Source: Gammaproteobacteria bacterium
Lineage (GTDB): Bacteria; Pseudomonadota; Gammaproteobacteria; Magnimaribacterales; TMED112
Assembly (NCBI GenBank): GCA_002692425.1
Contig: NZKB01000009.1
Location: 1 to 43,797, forward strand
DNA: 43,797 nucleotides
Direction of reading: 5' to 3'
The position numbers were made by a program, and so were the translations under genes. Positions 1-9,241 of the stretch are shown piece after piece. The notes under the pieces are model-generated. The model had not been told where the DNA came from, ran no database searches, and saw nothing but the letters and a program-made list of their open reading frames with translations. The stretch's first letter is position 1. Every line of letters begins with the position of its first letter.

Positions 1-836
1 CAATTTATGAAGAATGGGATGCTTTTAAAAAGGGGTTAGATTTCTGTTTAAATAAAATTGATCAAGATGGCCTAGTGAAATCTCAGTATGTAAATGGAAT
101 AATTACTCAAGATTATTATGAAGCACATCATGCCCCATATATTTATTTACCACTTTTACAAAAATATTTTATAGATAATGATTTGGACTATTTATATTCT
201 TATAGATCAGAGATACACCAAATATTCAAAGGCACATCAAAATTTAAAGATTCTGAAGGATATTATCATTGGGCATTAGATAAGAATGGCTTGGATGACA
301 ATTCTCTAGTTACATCTTCATGTTCTCTTGAACTATCCAGAAGAGCATATAATAAAATTTGTGAGTTAATTAAAGAAAAAAATTTTATTCATCATGAAGA
401 AATAATTTCACCAAATAAGTTGAGATCCAAAAAATTTGATCGTGACGGTGTAAGTAGAGCAAGGTTTTCCATGGATTCTTACTACCCCATTTTATGTAAT
501 TGTGGAACAAAGGAAGATGCAACTAAGCTCTTAAAAAAGTTTTATGTAGATGGTCTTGGCATCAAATGTGTAGAAGAAGAACCATGGGTTACGTTCGCTG
601 AATCTTCAGAGTGTATTATGGCTCTTCATAAAATTGGATTAACAAAAGTAGCAAAAAAAATATTTTCTGAGGTCTTAAAACATAAAAATCTAAAAGGATA
701 TTTTCCTACAGGGTATCAGTATGATTTAGAGGTTTACTGGCCTGAAGAAAATTCAACTTGGACTAATGCTGCAATAATAATGGCAGCGGATTGCCTCTAT
801 GATATGACTGGTAAAGAAAAAGTTATTTTAATTTAA
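1..836 (+). CDS. C-terminal part of an (alpha/alpha)6-barrel, six-hairpin-glycosidase-like protein (GDE_C/GH15/GH63-like); 5' end lies outside the window
   Basis: Frame 3 is open from the window edge: IYEEWDAFKKGLDFCLNKIDQDGL precedes the GTG at 75, so the real start is probably upstream. The motifs RFSMDSYYPIL, EEPWVTFAESSECIMALHKIG and YWPEENSTWTNAAIIMAADCLY resemble the C-terminal helices of six-hairpin glycosidase folds. The family call is from memory and is weak. Confidence 0.5.
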   Translation, partial: IYEEWDAFKKGLDFCLNKIDQDGLVKSQYVNGIITQDYYEAHHAPYIYLPLLQKYFIDNDLDYLYSYRSEIHQIFKGTSKFKDSEGYYHWALDKNGLDDNSLVTSSCSLELSRRAYNKICELIKEKNFIHHEEIISPNKLRSKKFDRDGVSRARFSMDSYYPILCNCGTKEDATKLLKKFYVDGLGIKCVEEEPWVTFAESSECIMALHKIGLTKVAKKIFSEVLKHKNLKGYFPTGYQYDLEVYWPEENSTWTNAAIIMAADCLYDMTGKEKVILI

Positions 837-1424
837 TAATACCAAACTCTTTACTCTTTCCTTTAATTCAAAACCATCGGCTAATGCCTGTAAAAAAATC
901 TCCTTAGGAGCTTGACCTCCTTCTTCTTCGGTATCATAAATATCATGAATTGCTAGAATTCCACCAGGTCTAAGTTTTGGCTTCCAATGGTAGTAATCAT
1001 TTTGTGCTGATTCAAACGTATGACTGCCATCAATAAAAATCATGTCTAAATCATCTGGTACATGATAAGAAGCATCAATTGAAGTCATAATTAAAGGCTC
1101 AATATGATCTTCAAGGTTAAATTTCTTGATATTTGCTAAGAACATTGGAAGAGTATTTACTTGCTTTCTAGAAAAATCATAAATCTCCTCATCAAAATAC
1201 TCTTCTCCAAATTGTTGCTCTTCAGAACCTTTGTGATGATCAATTGAAAAAAGTTTTGAACCAACTTTTTTGCAAGCAAAACCAATGTAGCATGCGGATT
1301 TTCCACAATAAGACCCAACCTCTACACATTTGCCATTCTTAAATGAATTTTTACATGCTTCGTACAGCGCAATACCTTCTTCTTCTTCGAGAAAGCCTTT
1401 TATTTCAGAAAATTTCTCAATCAT
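828..1424 (-). CDS. Class I SAM-dependent methyltransferase (Methyltransf_24 / O-methyltransferase-like)
   Basis: 198-aa ORF. It has a Rossmann motif I (VEVGSYCGKSA), then FIDGSHTFE and GGILAIHDI, typical of this methyltransferase group. Its 3' end overlaps the convergent upstream gene by 9 nt. Confidence 0.75.
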   Translation of the reverse strand: MIEKFSEIKGFLEEEEGIALYEACKNSFKNGKCVEVGSYCGKSACYIGFACKKVGSKLFSIDHHKGSEEQQFGEEYFDEEIYDFSRKQVNTLPMFLANIKKFNLEDHIEPLIMTSIDASYHVPDDLDMIFIDGSHTFESAQNDYYHWKPKLRPGGILAIHDIYDTEEEGGQAPKEIFLQALADGFELKERVKSLVLLN

Positions 1425-2277
1425 ATATTTCAGGTGCTTGAGATTTGAATCTTCTGTGGTGCCATAAATAATGTTCAGGTGCTTTAGTTACACTTTGTTC
1501 AATTATTGCATTAATGTTATCGGCAAAATTTTGTTTTGAATCTGCAATACTTGATATATCTTCAAATATAAATTTGTAACCATCTAAAGTTTTATAAAAA
1601 TCTAGATAAATTAATTTACATTTTGAAACTTTTCTTAAAGTATATGGAACAGTTGTTGTTAGACATTTTTTATTAAAGAATTTTGAAACAACAGATCTCT
1701 TGTTTCTATAGTCTTGATCAGGACCATATAGAACAGTTTTACCCTCTTTTAACCAATCAATTAATTGGCTTACATTAGAATTAGAAGTAAGACCTTTCAT
1801 TGCTTTAAGACGGCCCCTTTGTTGAATTTTTTGTATTACTTCACTATTGTTTGGTCTTTCCATACCGTATATAGAAAATTTCTCTGAGATTAATCTTGCC
1901 GACAGCTCCAAAAAAATACTATGTCTAAATAGTAAAAGAACACCCTCATTATTATTTTGCGCGTTAATTAAAATCTCTTTATTTTCAAACTCACATCTAT
2001 AATTTTGAATTTGATCTTCAGCATTCCACGCAAAATTATTCTCATATAGGGCTAAAAATGTATCTTGCCAAATCTTTTCAATTAAATCTTCTCGCCACTT
2101 GGTATTTTTCTCAGAAAAACAATAATTTATATTAGCTCTAATAATTTTTTTTCTTTTTTTCATTAAGCTACCTAGCAATTTCCAGACAGGGGATTTTTTA
2201 TTTGTAAAAATTGATCTTGGAAGAAAACTTAAGAATTTTGTAACAGAAATTAATGCAATAAGAATGATATTATTCAT
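1417..2277 (-). CDS. lpxL: Lipid A biosynthesis late (lauroyl/myristoyl) acyltransferase, LpxL/HtrB family
   Basis: 286 aa with an N-terminal hydrophobic anchor. KKRKKIIRANINYCF near residue 40 and C-terminal PEHYLWHHRRFK are family hallmarks. The gene sits divergently against waaA. Confidence 0.8.
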   Translation of the reverse strand: MNNIILIALISVTKFLSFLPRSIFTNKKSPVWKLLGSLMKKRKKIIRANINYCFSEKNTKWREDLIEKIWQDTFLALYENNFAWNAEDQIQNYRCEFENKEILINAQNNNEGVLLLFRHSIFLELSARLISEKFSIYGMERPNNSEVIQKIQQRGRLKAMKGLTSNSNVSQLIDWLKEGKTVLYGPDQDYRNKRSVVSKFFNKKCLTTTVPYTLRKVSKCKLIYLDFYKTLDGYKFIFEDISSIADSKQNFADNINAIIEQSVTKAPEHYLWHHRRFKSQAPEIYD

Positions 2278-2280
2278 GTG

Positions 2281-3513
2281 ATGTTTATTTTATATAACTT
2301 AATTTATTTTTTTTTATTACCTCTTTTAATTTTACGAGACCTAATCACTATAGATCAGAATAAATTAAAAACAATTTTTCAAAAGTTAGGCAAAAACTAC
2401 GCAAAACAAACTGCATCATCAATTTGGTTGCATGGAGTGAGCCTTGGTGAAATAAAAATTTTGTCAACATTAGCCAAACGATTAGATCATGAAGGCCATA
2501 ACGTGCTGATAACTTCCACCACTAATACGGGCCGTGCAGAATTAGAGAAAAACTTTATTGATTCTAATATTAAATTCTTACCATTTCCGTACGATTTAAA
2601 TTTCGTACATAAAAAAATTATTAATCATTACAAGATCAAAAAAATAGTTTTATTTGAAAGTGAATTTTGGCCAAATTTACTGAGCCTATCTCCTAATGTA
2701 AAAATCATCTCATTGAATACATCAATTTCTGATCAAAGCTTCTCTAGATACAAATCATTGAAATTTTTTACCTCTTTTTTATTTACAAAAATTGACCTTT
2801 TTCTAGCCCAATCAAAAGAAACAATTAATCGATTAAATATTCTAGGAGCGTCTAATACTAAGCTTCTTGGAAATATGAAAATAAATCCTGAGAATTACTT
2901 AACTGATGAAAATAAAAAACATAAATACGCAAAAATTTTAGCTACCGACGTTTTTAATGTTGTTTTAGGTAGTTCACATGATGGGGAAGAAGAATTCGTT
3001 ATCGATGCATTGGAGGGGCTAAAAGCAAATCTAATTTTAGCTCCAAGACATCCTGAAAGAATCGATAGAGTTTTACAAATAGTTAAGTCAAAAGGATATA
3101 AGGCAGTAAAAGTCTCTAATATTGAAAATTATGATCAGATAAAAGTTTTCAATAGCAAAACTATAATAATATTTGATGAAGTTGGGGATCTTATAAATTT
3201 ATATGCTGTTGCAGATCTAGCTATTGTTGCTGGCAGTATTATTTACGAAAAAGGACATAATTTTATGGAACCAATATTTGCAGATACTTTGTGCATCACG
3301 GGCTCTAAATTACGCAATTACAAACAATTAAAAAAAGATCTATGTGACTCCAACATTATCGAGACATTTGATACAAAAAATCAGTTAAGAGCTTTAGTTG
3401 ATAAGTACAGAGATTCAAAAATTAGAAATAAAAAACTACTTTTACAGAGAAAAACATTGGAAGAGTTATCTGGCTCCTATGAACTCATTATTGACTCAAT
3501 AAATGACATATAA
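2281..3513 (+). CDS. waaA: 3-deoxy-D-manno-octulosonic acid (Kdo) transferase
   Basis: About 410 aa. The N-terminal anchor MFILYNLIYFFLLPLLILR parallels E. coli WaaA MLELLYTALLYLIQPLIWIR. IWLHGVSLGE matches the conserved HxVSxGE motif. I prefer the ATG at 2281 over the GTG at 2278 used by the ORF track. Confidence 0.85.
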   Translation: MFILYNLIYFFLLPLLILRDLITIDQNKLKTIFQKLGKNYAKQTASSIWLHGVSLGEIKILSTLAKRLDHEGHNVLITSTTNTGRAELEKNFIDSNIKFLPFPYDLNFVHKKIINHYKIKKIVLFESEFWPNLLSLSPNVKIISLNTSISDQSFSRYKSLKFFTSFLFTKIDLFLAQSKETINRLNILGASNTKLLGNMKINPENYLTDENKKHKYAKILATDVFNVVLGSSHDGEEEFVIDALEGLKANLILAPRHPERIDRVLQIVKSKGYKAVKVSNIENYDQIKVFNSKTIIIFDEVGDLINLYAVADLAIVAGSIIYEKGHNFMEPIFADTLCITGSKLRNYKQLKKDLCDSNIIETFDTKNQLRALVDKYRDSKIRNKKLLLQRKTLEELSGSYELIIDSINDI

Positions 3514-4450
3514 ATTCGATACTCCTGCAATTTTTTTAATTGGTCCAACGGCTTCTGGTAAAACAGATGCATCAATAAAATTAGCAAAAAAATTTCCATT
3601 TGAAATTATAAGTGTTGATAGTGCCATGGTATTTAAGGATATGAATATTGGGACATGTAAACCTAGTGAGCAAGACCTTCAAAGAGTGCCCCATCATCTG
3701 ATAAACATTTTGAAACCTGATGCTAGATTTGATGTAGGAGTTTTTATAAATTACGTAGAATCTGCAGTTAAAACTATCGTTCAAAATAATAAAATTCCGC
3801 TATTTGTAGGTGGAACTATGATGTTTCATAAAGTGCTTTTTGATGGAATCCATGATTTTCCTCGAGATGAAAACTTGAGAGAAGAAATTACAAATATAAA
3901 ACAAAATAATGGCTATCAACTTCTCTTAAATGAACTTAAACAGCTGGATTTTGAAACTTTTCAATTGATTGACAAAAAAAATCCAAGACGCGTGGAAAGA
4001 GCACTAGAAATTATCAAATTAACAAAGACAAAACTTTCTGTTTTAAAAAAAGAGCCATCAAATCAGTTTTTTAATGCTGAAGAGTGTTTAATTTTAGGAA
4101 TAAATAACTCTAAACATGAGCTTGATAAAAGTGTTGAAAAAAGATTGAGGTGCATTGTTGATAATGGATTGCTAAATGAACTTGAGAAATTAATAAATAC
4201 CTATAAATTAACTTCTGAAACACATAGTATGAACTCAATTAATTACAAACAATTTTTTCCACATGTAGTTGGTGCAATGTCTTTTGATGAGGCTTTTGAA
4301 GATGCGGTAAAAGCAACAAAAAAATTGGTAAAGACACAACAAACATGGATGAAAAAATTTGATATAACATTAACGAAAATTGGCTCAGATCAAACAGAAA
4401 CATCGTTTTTTTCTGATACAATAGAAACTTATCTAAAGGAGCTTAAATAA
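3503..4450 (+). CDS. miaA: tRNA dimethylallyltransferase
   Basis: It has the P-loop GPTASGKT, then SVDSAMVFKDMNIGTCKP and PHHLINIL. Length is 315 aa. It overlaps the waaA 3' end by 11 nt. Confidence 0.93.
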   Translation: MTYKFDTPAIFLIGPTASGKTDASIKLAKKFPFEIISVDSAMVFKDMNIGTCKPSEQDLQRVPHHLINILKPDARFDVGVFINYVESAVKTIVQNNKIPLFVGGTMMFHKVLFDGIHDFPRDENLREEITNIKQNNGYQLLLNELKQLDFETFQLIDKKNPRRVERALEIIKLTKTKLSVLKKEPSNQFFNAEECLILGINNSKHELDKSVEKRLRCIVDNGLLNELEKLINTYKLTSETHSMNSINYKQFFPHVVGAMSFDEAFEDAVKATKKLVKTQQTWMKKFDITLTKIGSDQTETSFFSDTIETYLKELK

Positions 4451-5482
4451 ATGAGTTGGAATCCAAATGACAATGATCCTTGGGGCAGAAAAAATTCACC
4501 CCCTGACTTAGACGATGCAATAAAACAATTAAGAAAAATGTTCTTTTCTGGAAATACAGGTGGAGGCGGCTCCAAAGGAGGAGGTCCGAGTTTTAAATTT
4601 AATTTTAAATTTTTTTCATACCTCATAATGGGTCTGCTAGTTTTGTACGTTTTTCTTGGCGTAAGAATAGTAAACGAAGCTGATAGACTGGTCGTTCTCA
4701 CTCTAGGGAAATACAATAGAGTTCTCGGCCCGGGTCTGCAATTTCATTTTCCTGTAATAGAAGAGATATATGCTGAAGAAAATGTATCTAAAATCAGAAC
4801 ATTTGTATTACCAACAAATATGCTTACCAGAGATGAGAATATTGTCGATATTGAACTAAACGTCCAGTACACCATTAGTGACTTAGTAAAATATTCTCTG
4901 AATGTTGAAGATCCAGAGATTACAATACGGCAAGCAACTGAAAGTGCATTAAGGCATGTTGTTGGTGAAAATAACATGGATAACTTGCTTACTTCTGGAG
5001 CAGCGGCAATTAGTTCAGGCATATTATTGCGTCTTGAAGAATATTTAGATATTTATGATGCTGGGATTTCCGTTCAGCAAGTAAATATTGAACAAAGGCA
5101 ACCACCATCAGAAGTAATTGACTCTTTTAGGGATGTGGTAGCAGCAAGAGAAGATAAAGAGAGATTAAGAAATGAGGCAGAAAAATATGCACTCTCAATT
5201 GTCCCGCAAGCAAGAGGGGAAGCACAAAGGCAACTTCAAGATGCTGAAGCTTATAAACAGAAAGTAATTGCTGTAGCAGAGGGTGAAGCTGATAGGTTTA
5301 AAGCTCTTTTAGTTGAATATGATAAAGCCCCTGAAGTGACAAGAGAAAGATTATACATAGACGCATTAGAAGATGTTCTATCTTCTAGTACAAAGGTGAT
5401 GATTGATGTAGAGGGAGGTAATAACTTACTGTACCTACCATTAGATCAACTTATTAAAAAACAGGAGGAAGAAGATGAGTAA
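4451..5482 (+). CDS. hflK: FtsH protease modulator HflK (SPFH/band-7)
   Basis: The N-terminal tail is Gly-rich (GNTGGGGSKGGGP), followed by a TM helix, an SPFH domain and a charged coiled coil. It lies directly upstream of hflC with an 8-nt overlap. Confidence 0.9.
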   Translation: MSWNPNDNDPWGRKNSPPDLDDAIKQLRKMFFSGNTGGGGSKGGGPSFKFNFKFFSYLIMGLLVLYVFLGVRIVNEADRLVVLTLGKYNRVLGPGLQFHFPVIEEIYAEENVSKIRTFVLPTNMLTRDENIVDIELNVQYTISDLVKYSLNVEDPEITIRQATESALRHVVGENNMDNLLTSGAAAISSGILLRLEEYLDIYDAGISVQQVNIEQRQPPSEVIDSFRDVVAAREDKERLRNEAEKYALSIVPQARGEAQRQLQDAEAYKQKVIAVAEGEADRFKALLVEYDKAPEVTRERLYIDALEDVLSSSTKVMIDVEGGNNLLYLPLDQLIKKQEEEDE

Positions 5483-6341
5483 AAACGGTTTTATTACTTT
5501 GCTAGTAGTTCTTGTAATTACAGCTTTGCTGCAATCAATAGTAATTGTCAGAGATACTGAAAAGGCAATTTTATTAAAACTTGGAGCTTTTGAGAGAACA
5601 TTAGAGCCAGGCCTTAACTTTAAGGTACCTTTCATTGATACTGTTACTAAATTCGAAGCCAGACTTCGATCACTTGATACTCCACCAGATAGAGTGCTTT
5701 CAAGTGAAGCCAAACCTTTAAATGTTGATTCATTTGTTAAGTACATAATCGTTGATGCTGAAACTTATTACACGTCAACTAATGGAGGCCAGAGCAGAGT
5801 TGCTGAAGATACCTTGCAACGAAGAATTAAAGATAAACTTCGAAACGAATTTGGTAAAAGAACACTTAATGAAGTAGTTTCAGGTGATAGAGATGGTTTA
5901 ATGCTCTCTCTGAAGGAATCTCTTGGTGAAGATTCTGCTCAATTGGGTGTTGAAATAATAGACTTTAGAGTGAAAAGAATTGATTTTGAGAGAGAAATTA
6001 GAGCATCAGTTTTTGAAAGAATGAAAACTGAAAGAAATAGAATAGCAGAAGAATTAAGAGCAGAAGGTCGAGAAACAGCTGAGAAAATTCAAGCAGATGC
6101 AGACAAACAAAGAACTATTATTCTAGCTAATGCCACAAGGGACGCAGAGAGAACAAGAGGTGAGGGCGATGCAATTGCCACCTCTACTTATGCTGAAGCA
6201 TATAATAGAGATCCAGAGTTTTACGATTTTACAAGAAGTCTGAAAGCATATAGAAATACTTTTAATGATGAAGGAGATATCTTATTGATAGATCCTGACA
6301 GTGACTACTTCAAATATCTTAATAAGTCTGAACCTAATTAA
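5475..6341 (+). CDS. hflC: FtsH protease modulator HflC (SPFH/band-7)
   Basis: 288 aa with an N-terminal TM helix, an SPFH domain and an ERxxxAE-rich coiled coil. It is paired with hflK. Confidence 0.9.
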   Translation: MSKNGFITLLVVLVITALLQSIVIVRDTEKAILLKLGAFERTLEPGLNFKVPFIDTVTKFEARLRSLDTPPDRVLSSEAKPLNVDSFVKYIIVDAETYYTSTNGGQSRVAEDTLQRRIKDKLRNEFGKRTLNEVVSGDRDGLMLSLKESLGEDSAQLGVEIIDFRVKRIDFEREIRASVFERMKTERNRIAEELRAEGRETAEKIQADADKQRTIILANATRDAERTRGEGDAIATSTYAEAYNRDPEFYDFTRSLKAYRNTFNDEGDILLIDPDSDYFKYLNKSEPN

Positions 6342-7604
6342 ATGAAAAAATCCTTGATCCTTGTAGGTACTCAATGGGGTGACGAAGGAAAAGGAAAAAT
6401 TGTAGATTTTTACTCTCAAAAATTCGATGCCGTATGCCGTTTTCAAGGCGGGCATAATGCTGGTCATACGATCTATAAAGAGGAAGAAAAATTTGTCCTT
6501 CATTTAATTCCATCAGGGGTTTTTTACGATCATGTTTCATGTTTTATAGGACAAGGAGTTATTCTGTCCCTCGATTCTCTGCTTGAGGAAATTGCACAAT
6601 TAGAACAAAAAGGAATAAATCTAGAAGGTAAGTTGAGAATCAGTAGATATTGTAGTTTGCTGCTGCCACTTCACGCCAAAATCGATCAACTCAGGGAAGA
6701 CAACAAAAATTCAATAGGTACTACTAGAAGGGGTATTGGACCAGCTTACGAGGATAAAACTGCTCGAAGGAGCATTAAGGCTTTTGATCTTGAAGACAAC
6801 GATCTACTTGAAACGAAACTAAAAAACTTGGTTGAATATTACAATTATCAAATTCAAAACATTCATGACTCAGAACCATTTGCATATGAAGAGGTATATA
6901 AAGAATTAATGCAATCTTATAAGAAAGCATCAAAATATTTTGGTGACGTTACAGATACTCTCGAAAATATATATGAAAAAGGTGGAAACATATTATATGA
7001 AGGAGCTCAAGGAACTTTGTTAGATGTTGATTATGGAACTTATCCATATGTCACTTCTTCTAATACTTTAGCCACTTCTGTAGGAATTGGCTCTGGCTTT
7101 CCAAAGAGCATTTATTCGAATGTCCTTGGAGTGGCAAAAGCCTATACAACAAGAGTAGGGGCAGGCCCATTTCCAACAGAACTATTTTGTGAGGACGGGC
7201 AAAAAATTGCTGAACTTGGGCATGAATTTGGTGCAACAACTGGTAGACCCAGAAGATGCGGCTGGCTTGATCTTGTAGCTCTTAAATATTCAGCAAAATT
7301 AAATAATCTAACAGAGCTCTGCATCACAAAACTTGATGTTTTGGATACTTTTGCTGAGATAAAAGCTTGTGTTGGGTATAAAGTAAATGGCAAAGAAACT
7401 CCCTTTAAATCCAGATTGCTGCACAAAGCTAAGCCTATTTATAAAAAATTTGAGGGTTGGAACTGTTCCTTAGCTGATTGTGAAAATTATGAGTCACTTC
7501 CTCATAAAGCAAAAGAATTTTTAGGATTTATTGAAAGTTTTGTTGGAGTTAAGATTAGTTTAATTTCCAATGGACCAAATCGAGAGGACTTAATCCATAG
7601 ATAA
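6342..7604 (+). CDS. purA: Adenylosuccinate synthetase
   Basis: Motifs GTQWGDEGKGK, GTTRRGIGPAYEDK and GATTGRPRRCGWLD are present. Length is 420 aa. The ATG directly follows the hflC TAA. Confidence 0.97.
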   Translation: MKKSLILVGTQWGDEGKGKIVDFYSQKFDAVCRFQGGHNAGHTIYKEEEKFVLHLIPSGVFYDHVSCFIGQGVILSLDSLLEEIAQLEQKGINLEGKLRISRYCSLLLPLHAKIDQLREDNKNSIGTTRRGIGPAYEDKTARRSIKAFDLEDNDLLETKLKNLVEYYNYQIQNIHDSEPFAYEEVYKELMQSYKKASKYFGDVTDTLENIYEKGGNILYEGAQGTLLDVDYGTYPYVTSSNTLATSVGIGSGFPKSIYSNVLGVAKAYTTRVGAGPFPTELFCEDGQKIAELGHEFGATTGRPRRCGWLDLVALKYSAKLNNLTELCITKLDVLDTFAEIKACVGYKVNGKETPFKSRLLHKAKPIYKKFEGWNCSLADCENYESLPHKAKEFLGFIESFVGVKISLISNGPNREDLIHR

Positions 7605-8363
7605 TTCTGCTGCTCTATTTTTTGCAGTATTTATAGCCTCAGAAAAAATACTTGTAAAACCTTTATCGTATAAGATATTCAGACCAGCTTCGGTGGTCCC
7701 ACCCTTTGACTTAATGCTTTGAATTAGATCATCTAAGTTCTCACCGTTTTGTATCGCACTTATTAAGCTGGTTAAAAATAATAAAGTTATATCTCTTCGA
7801 GCAATATCATCAGGTAGAAGTTCAGCTAATCTGTTTTCAAATTCATTAATTATTTCAAAGTAAAATGCTGGAGTACTCCCAATAAGGGATGTATGTAAGT
7901 TTATTTTATCTTCATCTTCAACAACTAAGGCCTTCCCAAGATAATTAAAAATATCAAGAATCTCATCTTTTTCTTCAAAAGAAAAAATACTTGTTATTCC
8001 AAGATTGTGCCTTGCACCAATATTTGGCATAGCTCTATATATTTTTCCTGCTGACAAAGCAGTTTGTAGGTTTTCTAGTGTAATTCCGGCAGCAATACTT
8101 ATTATTTTTACTTCTTTGCCAACATATGATTGCATTTCAAAGCATAAGTCGTACATGTCTTTTGGTTTAACGCAAATCATTAAAATATCCGATTTTTGAC
8201 AAATCTCTTTTAAAGTACAGAAAGATATCTTTTCATGCTCGAGCCAAACAATATTGGTCTTATTTCTGTCGTGCCCTAAAATTTCATAAGATTTATTACT
8301 TTTTAGTCCTTTTATTAACGCTTTAGCCATGTGACCACAACCAATAAAACCAATTTTTCTCAT
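7590..8363 (-). CDS. proC: Pyrroline-5-carboxylate reductase
   Basis: It has the Rossmann motif IGFIGCGHMAKAL and the C-terminal motif SKGGTTEAGL. Length is 257 aa. Confidence 0.9.
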   Translation of the reverse strand: MRKIGFIGCGHMAKALIKGLKSNKSYEILGHDRNKTNIVWLEHEKISFCTLKEICQKSDILMICVKPKDMYDLCFEMQSYVGKEVKIISIAAGITLENLQTALSAGKIYRAMPNIGARHNLGITSIFSFEEKDEILDIFNYLGKALVVEDEDKINLHTSLIGSTPAFYFEIINEFENRLAELLPDDIARRDITLLFLTSLISAIQNGENLDDLIQSIKSKGGTTEAGLNILYDKGFTSIFSEAINTAKNRAAELSMD

Positions 8364-8364
8364 T

Positions 8365-8784
8365 TTAGGATTCTAATATTTTTTCTAGTGTTGCATTGAT
8401 AAATTTATAGGAGTTTTCAGAACAAAACTTTTTACTTAATCTTACTCCTTCATCTATAAGTATCTCTCTAGGTGTTTTATCTAATTTACTCTCAGCCATA
8501 ATAATTAAAAGAATATTCTCTTCCATTATCTCAATTGATTTAATGCCAAAAACTTCTAATTCTGCAGATTCTAAAATAGTTTCTTTTAGTTGCTTAATAT
8601 TTTCGGTTATGTGATTAAAAGTATTTCTAAAAAAAATATAGTCAACCTTAGTCTTAGTAAAATTTTTTCTGAAAGATTCTTCAATTGATTTCGGTTCATT
8701 ATGACCAAAAGAATTTTCATATAAGGCCTGAACTAAAAGCTCACGAGCATTAACTTTCTCTTTATGCCGACTAAGATTTTTCAT
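8365..8784 (-). CDS. nusB: Transcription antitermination factor NusB
   Basis: 139 aa with ARELLVQALYE. It occupies the conserved position immediately downstream of ribH. Confidence 0.88.
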   Translation of the reverse strand: MKNLSRHKEKVNARELLVQALYENSFGHNEPKSIEESFRKNFTKTKVDYIFFRNTFNHITENIKQLKETILESAELEVFGIKSIEIMEENILLIIMAESKLDKTPREILIDEGVRLSKKFCSENSYKFINATLEKILES

Positions 8785-8785
8785 G

Positions 8786-9241
8786 TTAAGAGGACATCAT
8801 TTGAAATAAAGAACTCGAAAACTCTCTTCCTTTATTCATTTTTTCAGGATTGATTCTTTCTTCAGCTTGAACTTTATTGTCAACAGTTAAAACTCCATTT
8901 ACTAATGGGGTTGTTTCAAAATCTAATGCAACTTTGCCTAAATCATGAAACGTTTGTCTAGAAACTAGTTTGAAGTGAGGGGTATCTCCTCTAATGACAA
9001 GGCCTAATGCAATCACACCATCGAATTTAGCATCTTTAAGTGTTCTTTTAATAGTTGCTGCTAATTCAAGGGAACCTGGACAAAACTTTAGTGTAAGAGC
9101 GATTTCCTCTGCTTTTGCATGTTGAGCAATTTCTTCAACTGCAGGAGCTAGGAAATCTTTATTCCATGCTGTTGTAACAATAAGAACATTTTTATTAGCT
9201 ATATTTTTAAATTCAGCATTAAAGCTTGGTGAGTTATTCAT
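8786..9241 (-). CDS. ribH: 6,7-dimethyl-8-ribityllumazine synthase
   Basis: About 151 aa with VLIVTTAWNKDF and GVIALGLVIRGDTPHF motifs. The ATG at 9241 (ATGAATAA overlap with the ribBX stop) is preferred to the TTG at 9244. Confidence 0.92.
   Translation of the reverse strand: MNNSPSFNAEFKNIANKNVLIVTTAWNKDFLAPAVEEIAQHAKAEEIALTLKFCPGSLELAATIKRTLKDAKFDGVIALGLVIRGDTPHFKLVSRQTFHDLGKVALDFETTPLVNGVLTVDNKVQAEERINPEKMNKGREFSSSLFQMMSS

Noticed and set aside
4540-4585. The hflK gene contains a GGTGGAGGCGGCTCCAAAGGAGGAGGTCC stretch: strong internal SD-like sequence and a local GC spike.
   Set aside because: It simply encodes the Gly-rich N-terminal tail (GGGGSKGGGP) typical of HflK. No downstream in-frame or out-of-frame start suggests an internal gene.
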